A DNA stretch of 36,072 bases. Source: a virus (Duplodnaviria > Caudoviricetes). Location of the stretch: positions 1 through 36,072 of IMG/VR virus record IMGVR_UViG_3300038673_000739. One strand, 5' to 3'. The notes beneath the pieces are model-generated. The model had not been told where the DNA came from, did no database searches, and saw only the letters and a program-made list of their open reading frames with translations. The position numbers and the translations under genes were made by a program. The stretch's first letter is position 1, and every line of letters starts with the position of its first letter. Positions 7,875-16,300 of this stretch are shown here, piece by piece.

Positions 7875-8162
7875 CTATCTATCACTAATAAACAAGGCGT
7901 TACTGTCTAAAACCTCAACCATTATCGCCTGCTGGTCTAGTTTATTGTTTAGCTCCCTACAGGCGTTTTTAATCTGGGTATAATCTACAACCTCGCAGAC
8001 GATAGAGACTAAAATTGAAGCCTCTTTTTTGCCTTGCCATACCCCGATTAGCTCCGAGATGTTCATCCCTTCGTAATATTTAGTTAAAACCTCCAAGGCT
8101 TTTTGCGTTTCCACCTTGCCAGTTTTATTGTTTGCTCCTATGTAAAAATTGATTTTTTTCAT
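7875..8162 (-). CDS. Hypothetical protein, possible GlnB-like/DUF3574-like fold
   Basis: FYIG...GVWQGKKEAS...LDQQAIMVE pattern; AAGGAG RBS. Confidence 0.65.
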   Translation of the reverse strand: MKKINFYIGANNKTGKVETQKALEVLTKYYEGMNISELIGVWQGKKEASILVSIVCEVVDYTQIKNACRELNNKLDQQAIMVEVLDSNALFISDR

Positions 8163-8174
8163 TTTGTCTCCTTA

Positions 8175-8345
8175 TTATGCTAACTTATAATTAAAACTCC
8201 ATTTTTGACGTTCAAGTTTGAGTTCTTGCTTGGCTTTACGCTCAGCTTGTCTTATTTCCGCCAGCTCATCATTTACTGATTGCTTGTCAGCTAGCCACGC
8301 CGTAATATCTTTTTGAGGTTTTGAAAAGTTTAGTTTATTTTTCAT
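8175..8345 (-). CDS. Hypothetical protein, 56 aa, first early gene (not in ORF track)
   Basis: MKNKLNFSKPQKDITAWL...; downstream of TTGCAT-N17-TACTAT at about 8374-8402. Confidence 0.55.
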   Translation of the reverse strand: MKNKLNFSKPQKDITAWLADKQSVNDELAEIRQAERKAKQELKLERQKWSFNYKLA

Positions 8346-8497
8346 ATTCATTTATTTGTATATAAGTACCTATATAGTACACCCAATTATACAAGAATGC
8401 AAGAGGTAATTTGAAAATTGATCCAGATTATACTAGATTGAGCTAGTAGCAATTGAGAGAAAAACCTAGCAATTAATAAAATGGTATAATTAGTGTA

Positions 8498-8617
8498 ATG
8501 ATTACACTTATAGCCAAGAACAAGCACCAGAGAAAAATCAAGCTTACTAGAGGCTTGAAATCGTCTTTTTATTTCTTTAATGATCTAGATATCATCGTGT
8601 TTAATAGATTACACTAA
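8498..8617 (+). CDS. Possible leaderless 39-aa peptide upstream of terS
   Basis: Extended -10 TGGTATAAT (8482-8490), then ATG 7 nt later; stop 4 nt before the terS start. Confidence 0.35.
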   Translation: MITLIAKNKHQRKIKLTRGLKSSFYFFNDLDIIVFNRLH

Positions 8618-8621
8618 AACT

Positions 8622-9074
8622 ATGAGCAATAAAGGCAACCATCATACTAGAGAAACCAAGAATAAAATCTCCCTAGCTAAAACTAAACTACAAGGTAAAG
8701 AATTGCAGACTGCCATTGATAAAGGTTTAGCTTATATTGAGCAATTAAAGAATGATGATAAACAGCTCCCGACATTACAGGGTCTAGCTCTAGCTATGGG
8801 GATCAATTATACTTATTTAATTGAATTGTACGCTTCCAAGCCAGAACTAACCGAGCTAATGGATCATATTAAACTGCTTCAAGAACAATTTTTGCTGACC
8901 CGTGGCGTTAGCTCAAAATCAAACCCAGTTTTTAGTATGTTTTTACTTAAAGCTAAACATAACTACCAAGATAAACCACAAAACCTCACCCAGAATAATT
9001 TTGTCAATATCTCCCCAGATGTTCTAAAGGATGCCCTCAAGCTGATGAATGAAGAAAACCCCCCCAAGAAGTAA
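8622..9074 (+). CDS. terS: Terminase small subunit (P22 gp3-like)
   Basis: LPTLQGLALAMGI HTH and SMFLLKAKHNYQDK motif; position upstream of terL. Confidence 0.75.
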   Translation: MSNKGNHHTRETKNKISLAKTKLQGKELQTAIDKGLAYIEQLKNDDKQLPTLQGLALAMGINYTYLIELYASKPELTELMDHIKLLQEQFLLTRGVSSKSNPVFSMFLLKAKHNYQDKPQNLTQNNFVNISPDVLKDALKLMNEENPPKK

Positions 9075-9127
9075 TAATAAACAGATAACAACCTTAGATA
9101 CTAGCATAGAGACTTAAAACTTATTAT

Positions 9128-9175
9128 AGATCAGCTAGATACAAGTTATAGACCAGCTAGAGACCAGCTATAGAC
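9128..9175 (+). repeat. 11-bp periodic AGACCAGCTA-like tandem repeat
   Basis: Units start at 9128, 9139, 9150, 9161 and 9172 (partial). Confidence 0.7.
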
Positions 9176-9423
9176 TATATCCCCTCCCCTCCCTTCACTC
9201 ACTAAAAGCTACTAGATGTAATATGTAGCGTATTACACTGCTTAAGCTCACAAACTACTAGACTATGTTATAGGGTTATAAGATATATAAGGCTACAGGG
9301 TACAGGGGTACAGGTGTACAGGCTAACAGAGTAATCCTATAGTCCCTATGGGGTAGGGTGGGTGGGGTAGGCTTGGTTTAGGTATGGGAGTCTCAATGTT
9401 ACTTAGGAAAAGGTGAGGGGGGG

Positions 9424-9652
9424 TACCCTCCAGATGTGCCTGTACCCTCCAGATGTGGATGACACATTTTAATTACTTACAATAATTATCATTAACTGTA
9501 CCCTCCAGATGTAAGTAAGCAATCCAGATGTGTTTATACCCTCCAGACGTAGATACATTGTTTAGTTATACCCTCCAGATGTAGATGTACCCTTCAGATG
9601 CAGGTACATTATCCAGATGTAGATAATACATCCAATCTTACCCTCCAGATGT
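9424..9652 (+). repeat. Phased array of TACCCTCCAGATGT (7 full or near-full copies, 2 partial)
   Basis: Copies at 9424, 9443, 9499, 9537, 9569, 9588, 9639; TCCAGATGT cores at 9523 and 9612. Confidence 0.95.
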
Positions 9653-9813
9653 AATTACTCATTTAGTATTACCATTCAGCATCTTTACTCATTATTCTGT
9701 ACATATTAAGCTCTTTTTGTTGTCTTTTTACCTATTTTTTCCTATCTGGTACCTCTGGAGGAATCTGTACAGATATTATGTACATATTGCTTATTATGTG
9801 CTATAATTAAGGT

Positions 9814-10089
9814 ATGAAAAAGTATGGTGTATCAGAAACAAGACAGAATTTAACTTCTCTTCTTAAAGGTAATGAATTTCAAATCATTGATAAGAAAACT
9901 GGTCAGGTGCTGGCAACAGTCTTACCTCAAGGAATAAAGGATAGAGTGGAAGTTAAAGTGGAAAAACAGGAAATTGAAAATAAATACAAAAAAAATATAA
10001 AAAGGGATGTAAAGGATGCAGAAGAGTTCATCCCAGTCGGTACTCCATGTATTCATGGTCTTTTATATCATCGTGGCTGTCACTATTAG
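9814..10089 (+). CDS. Phd/YefM-like DNA-binding protein (orphan antitoxin-like)
   Basis: MKKYGVSETRQNLTSLL...FQII...VLATVLP fits the Phd N-terminal pattern; leaderless promoter TGTACA-N17-TATAAT. Confidence 0.6.
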   Translation: MKKYGVSETRQNLTSLLKGNEFQIIDKKTGQVLATVLPQGIKDRVEVKVEKQEIENKYKKNIKRDVKDAEEFIPVGTPCIHGLLYHRGCHY

Positions 10090-10118
10090 ATCATAAGTAG
10101 TCAATTCATGTAAAATAT

Positions 10119-10148
10119 TTGACATTTAAGTAATTTGTGTTCTATACT
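10119..10148 (+). promoter_or_regulatory. Sigma70-type promoter for the terL operon (leaderless)
   Basis: TTGACA-N18-TATACT-N7-GTG. Confidence 0.75.
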
Positions 10149-10155
10149 TTAATTC

Positions 10156-11700
10156 GTGTCAGTTTTAGAACTTACTCCAAGCCAACAAAAAAAACTTGAA
10201 AGTACTTTTAAAGAGATGAAAAAGCGGTCAATGGATGACCCTGTTTATTTTTTTGACACTTTCCTCTACACTTTTAACCCCAAACAAGAACCATTTCACT
10301 TACGGTTTAAGACTTTTCCTTTTCAAAAGAGATTAATTCGTGATTTGGTCAAAGCTATTCAAGATGGAGAAGACATCTTTATAGAGAAATGCCGAGAAAT
10401 GGGGGCAACTTATACGGTTCTTGGTACCTTAATCTGGTTTTGGTTGTTTCAACCAGCTTCAAACTTTTTAATTGGTTCTCGTAAAGAAGACTATGTTGAT
10501 AACCGCAGAGGTGGTGAAACAGGTAATAAAGAAGAATCTCTTTTTGGCAAGATAGATTATATGTTACAGCGACTACCAAGTTTTATGTTGCCAGAAGGTT
10601 ACAACTACAATAAACATTTTAATTTTATGTCCTTAGTTAATCCAGAGAATGGTAATGTTATCTCTGGAGAGTCAGCTAATGAAAACTTTTCTAGAGGTGG
10701 TCGGTTTAAAGCAATTATGCTTGATGAATTTGCTTTCTGGAATAGCGATAGTTCGGTTTGGGGTTCAACTGCTGATACGACTAATTGTCGGATTGTTTTA
10801 ACTACGCCAGGTATCAAGCCTTCAAAAGCCAAGAGGTTAAGATTTGGTAAAGACAACGAGAAAATTAAAGTGATTACTCTTTCATATAATTTAGACCCCC
10901 GTAAAAACAGTAAATGGTTAGAAGAACAAAGACAACGCCGATCAGTTGAAGATTTTAACCGAGAAATTATGATTAACTGGGAAATGTCTATTGCTGGTAG
11001 GGTTTACCCAGAAATGGACAACGCAGTAATTGGTGATTTTCCTTTTCTGTTAAACAGTCCTCTTTATTGTTCTTGGGATTTTGGACTTGATGGTACTGCT
11101 TTTATCCTTTGGCAACAAAATAAAGCTAATGGTAAGTGGCGAATCATTGACTCATACGAGAACTCTAATCAACCAATTTCGTTTTATTTACCTTTTTTTG
11201 GGTCACCCATTGATTCTAAATTTCAATATAGTGATGACGACCTCAAGGCGATTAAAGATATCTCTCAATATCCAAGAGCGATTCATTTTGGAGATCCTGA
11301 TGTATCTAAAAGATCTTTAGTAACTTTAACTACTACCAGAAGTGAGTTGGCTAAAGGTGGCGTGCATGTCCAGTCCATTACTCCTAATGATTTTATCAAT
11401 AGAAGAGAGATTACCAAGATTTACTTGCAAAAAGGTATAGAAATTAATATGAATCCTCGGACAGAATATTTGTATGAGTGTTTAAAGATGGCTCGTTATC
11501 CTCATCGTAAAGAAGGATCAGAAGCTACTAATGAGGTGGTCTTGCCAGTTCACGACTTTACTTCACATTATCGGACTGCCATGGAATATCATTTTATTAA
11601 TATTGATGTTTTTGAAATTATGAAAGAAGATCCCCCAGCTTGGGCTGATAAAACCAGAAGTTGGCTTACTAGTAAATTTAAAATGAAAGGAAAGGCATAA
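10156..11700 (+). CDS. terL: Terminase large subunit
   Basis: FPFQ Q-motif, Walker A EKCREMGAT, Walker B IMLDEFA, motif III TTP, nuclease SWDFG and HDFTSH..A. Confidence 0.93.
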   Translation: MSVLELTPSQQKKLESTFKEMKKRSMDDPVYFFDTFLYTFNPKQEPFHLRFKTFPFQKRLIRDLVKAIQDGEDIFIEKCREMGATYTVLGTLIWFWLFQPASNFLIGSRKEDYVDNRRGGETGNKEESLFGKIDYMLQRLPSFMLPEGYNYNKHFNFMSLVNPENGNVISGESANENFSRGGRFKAIMLDEFAFWNSDSSVWGSTADTTNCRIVLTTPGIKPSKAKRLRFGKDNEKIKVITLSYNLDPRKNSKWLEEQRQRRSVEDFNREIMINWEMSIAGRVYPEMDNAVIGDFPFLLNSPLYCSWDFGLDGTAFILWQQNKANGKWRIIDSYENSNQPISFYLPFFGSPIDSKFQYSDDDLKAIKDISQYPRAIHFGDPDVSKRSLVTLTTTRSELAKGGVHVQSITPNDFINRREITKIYLQKGIEINMNPRTEYLYECLKMARYPHRKEGSEATNEVVLPVHDFTSHYRTAMEYHFINIDVFEIMKEDPPAWADKTRSWLTSKFKMKGKA

Positions 11701-11840
11701 TGTATTCACAAACCATCATCAAAGATACGGTCAGAGAAATCAATCGTAAAATTGATGCTTTAATCATGGCATTTGGTCAAATGCAAGAAGAGTTTAAAAA
11801 AATACAAAAAGAAACCAAAGAAACCAAGAAAAAGAAATGA
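11700..11840 (+). CDS. Hypothetical coiled-coil peptide, 46 aa (not in ORF track)
   Basis: MYSQTIIKDTVREINRKIDAL...; TAATG and ATGA overlaps on both sides. Confidence 0.6.
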   Translation: MYSQTIIKDTVREINRKIDALIMAFGQMQEEFKKIQKETKETKKKK

Positions 11841-12394
11841 AATTTATTGCTAAACAAGCGATAGTCATTGGTACTAGACAAGATCGCAAAGACCAATTAA
11901 GAAATTGTTTAGAAAGTATTAAAACTAATTATCCGATTGTTGTTGTTGATTGTGGCAATTATGAACTTGGGAAAATAGAGTGGGTACTTAAATATTGTAG
12001 TTTTGATGAATTCATTTTTCTTCAAGACAGTATAGAGATTAAAGACAACCACTTATTTGATAAAGTTTTCTCTATTAAAGGTAGCGTTTCTATTTGTAAT
12101 TACCCAAGAATGTTTGGTTGTTATCTAGGTAAATATAAAAGTCATATCTTAAAAAAATTAATTGATGACAACCAACTTAATTTAACCACAGTCAGTAAAA
12201 TGGATGCTATTAATCTAGAGTGGATTCTTGGTGACTTATATGAGAAATATGAGAAACCATACGAATTATTTGATGATTTACAAGATAGTGATAAATTCGT
12301 CATCAAGTGGGATAAAAAAGTGATGAAAATTGAAAATGATTATCTCATTAAGTATAAATCCATTTGGAGTAAAACAATGGTAAAGGAACAATGA
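11837..12394 (+). CDS. Glycosyltransferase-like (GT-A fold) protein
   Basis: IVIGT..., NCLESI, IVVVD, YELG, FIFLQDS; located within a sugar-modification cluster. Confidence 0.55.
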   Translation: MKFIAKQAIVIGTRQDRKDQLRNCLESIKTNYPIVVVDCGNYELGKIEWVLKYCSFDEFIFLQDSIEIKDNHLFDKVFSIKGSVSICNYPRMFGCYLGKYKSHILKKLIDDNQLNLTTVSKMDAINLEWILGDLYEKYEKPYELFDDLQDSDKFVIKWDKKVMKIENDYLIKYKSIWSKTMVKEQ

Positions 12395-12825
12395 TAGGAT
12401 ACACTGGTGGTTCATTTGATATACCACATTTTGGTCATTACAATTTTTTTCGTCAATGTAAAGACTTTTGTGATTACTTGGTAGTAGCACTAAATACTGA
12501 TGAATTTATTGAATCTTATAAGGGAAGTAAGCCTGAATTTTCTTATAATGAGCGAATAAAAATTCTAGAAAAATGTCCTTATATTGACAAGATTATTCCA
12601 AATTTTGCTGGTGCTAATTCTAAACCAGCAATCTTAAATGTTAATCCAGATCTTATTATTATTGGTAACGATTGGCTGTCTAAAGATTATTGTAAACAGA
12701 TGGATTTTACTCCACAATGGTTAACTGATCATGATATTGCTCTTATGTATATACCATATACTGATGGGATTTCTTCTAGTTTAATCAAAGAAAAAATTTG
12801 TAATAATTGTAAGAAGCTAAAATGA
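12391..12825 (+). CDS. Cytidylyltransferase (TagD/RfaE-domain-II-like nucleotidyltransferase)
   Basis: YTGGSFDIPHFGH (HxGH), LVVALNTD, ER, GNDW, YTDGISSS motifs. Confidence 0.9.
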   Translation: MIGYTGGSFDIPHFGHYNFFRQCKDFCDYLVVALNTDEFIESYKGSKPEFSYNERIKILEKCPYIDKIIPNFAGANSKPAILNVNPDLIIIGNDWLSKDYCKQMDFTPQWLTDHDIALMYIPYTDGISSSLIKEKICNNCKKLK

Positions 12826-13508
12826 AAAAAGCCAATATCTCAATTATTATCACTTGTTTTAACAAAGAAGAGTATTTAGAAGAAGCTATAAACTCAATTC
12901 TTGAACAAACAGTTGCTCCTAGAGAGATTATTTTAGTTCATGACGCTTGTGAAAATCCAATTCACCATATCAAGGTTACTTCTATTATGTTAAAAGAAAA
13001 TCTGGGAGTAGCAAAAGCTAGAATGGAGGGAGTTCGTTTCTCTAAAGGTGAATATCTCTTATTTTTAGATGGTGATGATAAATTAGCTCCAGACTATCTT
13101 GAGCAGATGTTTATTAAACGCCACAAAGGAGATATTATTTATCCTAATATTTTATGGTGGTATAACGGACAACAACAAAATAGACTTAAGTTAGTTGGCA
13201 GGATTACACCAAAGCAACAATTCAAAACTAATAAAGTATTGGTTACTAGTTTAATCAAAAAAGACTTGTTTTTAAAACTTGGTGGATTTAGCAACCTTCC
13301 AGTTTATGAAGATTGGGATTTTTGGTTAAGAGCAATGGCTCTAGGATATAAGTTTTATCCAGCCAATACCATCCTTTATTATCGGCAAAATCAATTGACA
13401 AGAAATAGACAGACAGAAGAATTAAAACAAAAAACTTATTATCAAATTAGAAAACAGTTTGAATTAAAGAAGGGAAAATTATGCCTGGTTACAAATACTC
13501 AGGAGTGA
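12822..13508 (+). CDS. Glycosyltransferase family 2
   Basis: ISIIITCFN, SILEQT, NLGVAKAR, FLDGDD, YEDWDFWLR motifs. Confidence 0.92.
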   Translation: MKKANISIIITCFNKEEYLEEAINSILEQTVAPREIILVHDACENPIHHIKVTSIMLKENLGVAKARMEGVRFSKGEYLLFLDGDDKLAPDYLEQMFIKRHKGDIIYPNILWWYNGQQQNRLKLVGRITPKQQFKTNKVLVTSLIKKDLFLKLGGFSNLPVYEDWDFWLRAMALGYKFYPANTILYYRQNQLTRNRQTEELKQKTYYQIRKQFELKKGKLCLVTNTQE

Positions 13509-13861
13509 ATATTTTACCAGAAACTGTTAATTTCTCTGAATTAGAAGAAAAAGCCAAGAAAGAAGGTTTTGATTTCAATAGTTTTGATATTTCTGATATG
13601 GGTAAACAAATGGAGAGTGTTGAAGATGGTCTACAATATGAAAAGTTAGTGTTACAAATTCTTAATAATTTAAACCTAAGAGAAAAAATGGTATTTATGT
13701 TTCAATTACTTAGAGATTTTGGTTTTGCTCTAGATCATAAAAGTTGTGCTAAAACATTAGAAATCAATCGTCAAGGTTATATGAAATTATTGTCAGTAGT
13801 TAGAAAAAAGGCTTCTTTGGTTGTTTATCAATCAAGAAGTGATACAAATAAGGTAGTTTGA
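13481..13861 (+). CDS. Sigma70 region-4-like HTH protein, putative late transcription regulator
   Basis: LNNLNLREKMVF...HKSCAKTLEINRQGYMKLLSVVRKK follows the sigma region-4 pattern. Confidence 0.6.
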   Translation: MPGYKYSGVNILPETVNFSELEEKAKKEGFDFNSFDISDMGKQMESVEDGLQYEKLVLQILNNLNLREKMVFMFQLLRDFGFALDHKSCAKTLEINRQGYMKLLSVVRKKASLVVYQSRSDTNKVV

Positions 13862-13870
13862 AAGTAAAAT
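13844..13870 (+). promoter_or_regulatory. Late-type promoter for portal
   Basis: ACAAAT-N15-TAAAAT-N8-ATG. Confidence 0.7.
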
Positions 13871-13878
13871 AATAGTAT

Positions 13879-15864
13879 ATGGCAAAAGAAACTAAATACT
13901 CGGATATTATTTCCAAAAGATACGACAAATGTAAAGAATTAGCTCAAGATATTTTTGATAAAGTAGAGATTAACCGAGCTTTGTATCGTAGTGAATTAAA
14001 TATAGATGATACTTATGAATGGGATTTTACTTTAACTGATCCTTATGTTTTTCCATTAGTGAGAAACTATTCATCAAGAACAAATCCATCGTTAACAAAA
14101 ATTAGACTTGAGGCTAGAAAACCAGAAGATTACGAAAATAGACAAATTAATCAAGATTTTGTTAACTGGGAATTAAACGAAATTCTTTTAACCTCTCTTT
14201 TTCATCGGGTTTATTATTCTTCATTCATTACTGGTAAAGGTTTTTTAAAGACTGGTTGGAAATATGAACCAGCAGTTGAAGTTCATACCGATACTGGTGT
14301 AAAAAAAGTAATTAGAGAGATTACTAATCGGGCAGATGCAAAATTTGTCAGATTTAATGATCTGTTAATTCCAAATAGAAATATTCCTAATATTGAAGAA
14401 CAACCATATACTCTGGAATTAATTCAAAAGAATGTTGGTGAAATTTTAAGCGAGAATGAAAAAGAAGAATATTGGAAGAAGGATTGGATTGAAAAATTAA
14501 GAAAAAATGGGGTTACTAAAAAATTACTTGATTACGAAATAGATTTTGCTAGTGATGATGATGTTGATGATTTCTCTTTTAAATCTGCTTATGTGTCATT
14601 AATTTGTATGTACACTAAAGAAGGAGATGTTTTATACATTCCTTTTGACGCAAAAGATCAAGTAGTGAACAAGATTCAAGAGAATCAATATTGGCACGGT
14701 CATTATCCATATATTGATTTTACTCTCTTTCCAGAAGATGATGAATTTTATTCAATGGGAGTAGTTGATGTAGTTGGAGATTTGCAAGTTGCTGCTACTG
14801 AACTTCTAAACCAGATGTTAACTAATGTTCGTCAAGTTAACTATGATATGTGGATTGCTGGTTCTGCTGCTGCTCAAACTCCTGATTGGCAATTTTCAAA
14901 GCGACCCAATGGCATTATTAGAGTAGCTGGAGATGCTAATCAAATCCAACAAGTAAGAACAGCAGATAACGCTAGTCCAACCTTAAGAATTAGCCAAGAT
15001 ATTCAAAATAAAATTGAACGAGCTGGAGGAATTTCTTCGCTTTATGCTTCTGGTGCTCCTTCACAAAGTATTAATCAAACCGCTAGAGGTGCTCAAATTA
15101 TTGATCAAAATATTGATACTAATATGAGAATGATTATTGATCTTTTTGGAGAACGAGTGATTAAGCGACTGGGAGAACACTTTTTGGAACTTAATGCTCA
15201 ATATGTAACCGAAGAACAAACATTCTTTATTACTGGTAAGAAAAATGTTAGAGATATTATAGCAATTGATCCAGAACATGTATCTGCTAATTTTGATGTA
15301 TTTGTTAATGCTGAAAGAATGGTTAAACAGACTCCAGCTTCAAGACAAGCATCACTACAAAATTTAATTATGACTTTAAATGGAATTTCTAATCAATCTG
15401 GAGTTATGACTGATTTAACACCAGTTGTTGAAGCCTTAATTGATTCTTATCCAGAAATGGAAAATATTGATGAAGTAGTGGTCTCGGTAGATGAAAAAGC
15501 TAAAAGAGATATTGCTACTCTTGAAAGAGGTCAAGAAGTTGAGGTTAAAGTAAGAGATCCCCATCTTGAATTATTACAGGTAGTGCAAATCCATCTAGAA
15601 GATAATGCTGATTCTTATCCAGAAGAAGTGATGGCAGTCTTTGGTAAATATATTACTGATCATATTAGGTTTATTCAAGCTGCTCAAGAAATTAAAGCTA
15701 TGAGTCAACCACAATTACCAGTGGGGCAGAATCCAGAGGCTTTAGTAAGACAAATGACTGGATCTATGAATGAAGATGCACTTAACCCAGAACAAGCTGG
15801 ACTGCCAGAGAACCAAAAGACATATAATCTTGGACAAATAGTTCCACCAAAGTCTGAGTTATAA
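13879..15864 (+). CDS. Portal protein (P22/podovirus type)
   Basis: 661 aa; GKGFLKTGW, HYPY, FYSMG, QTARGAQII motifs; Q/P-rich C-terminus; position in the head module. Confidence 0.85.
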   Translation: MAKETKYSDIISKRYDKCKELAQDIFDKVEINRALYRSELNIDDTYEWDFTLTDPYVFPLVRNYSSRTNPSLTKIRLEARKPEDYENRQINQDFVNWELNEILLTSLFHRVYYSSFITGKGFLKTGWKYEPAVEVHTDTGVKKVIREITNRADAKFVRFNDLLIPNRNIPNIEEQPYTLELIQKNVGEILSENEKEEYWKKDWIEKLRKNGVTKKLLDYEIDFASDDDVDDFSFKSAYVSLICMYTKEGDVLYIPFDAKDQVVNKIQENQYWHGHYPYIDFTLFPEDDEFYSMGVVDVVGDLQVAATELLNQMLTNVRQVNYDMWIAGSAAAQTPDWQFSKRPNGIIRVAGDANQIQQVRTADNASPTLRISQDIQNKIERAGGISSLYASGAPSQSINQTARGAQIIDQNIDTNMRMIIDLFGERVIKRLGEHFLELNAQYVTEEQTFFITGKKNVRDIIAIDPEHVSANFDVFVNAERMVKQTPASRQASLQNLIMTLNGISNQSGVMTDLTPVVEALIDSYPEMENIDEVVVSVDEKAKRDIATLERGQEVEVKVRDPHLELLQVVQIHLEDNADSYPEEVMAVFGKYITDHIRFIQAAQEIKAMSQPQLPVGQNPEALVRQMTGSMNEDALNPEQAGLPENQKTYNLGQIVPPKSEL

Positions 15865-15874
15865 GTCATAAACT

Positions 15875-16300
15875 ATGAATCCAAAATTAATTACATCTTT
15901 AGTAGAAAACATCATTTCATCTATTGAAAATATTGCTGTTGCGACAGTAAATGCTATTCGGGTTAATTTATTTAAGGTAAGGGTTGATAATTTCCCCAAG
16001 ACTCAATCGGTAAAGGGTACGGTAACTGTTGCCAACCAAAAGAACCTAGAAAAAGAAGTAAGAAATATCAACAAATCTATTAAGAAAATTAATAATTTTA
16101 AAGAAGAATATCTAATTCAAGATCGGGATGAAAAAAGTAAAAATACAAGTTATATTGGTTTAGCCACTCACAGTGGTCAATGGATGATTAAAAAAATTGA
16201 AAAACAGACAACTTTTAGATATATTATTGGTGAAACTGATTATTTAACTAACTGGAATAATAGAAAAAAATTAATATATAAAAGGATCTTTGAAATATGA
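15875..16300 (+). CDS. Hypothetical protein
   Basis: ORF; C-terminal YIG...WMIKKI...WNNR segment. Confidence 0.6.
   Translation: MNPKLITSLVENIISSIENIAVATVNAIRVNLFKVRVDNFPKTQSVKGTVTVANQKNLEKEVRNINKSIKKINNFKEEYLIQDRDEKSKNTSYIGLATHSGQWMIKKIEKQTTFRYIIGETDYLTNWNNRKKLIYKRIFEI

Noticed and set aside
9424-9652. CRISPR or mini-CRISPR array
   Set aside because: The repeat is only 14 bp, most spacers are 5 or 18 nt, and no cas genes are present. The Cas4-like nuclease is an ordinary phage exonuclease 5 kb away
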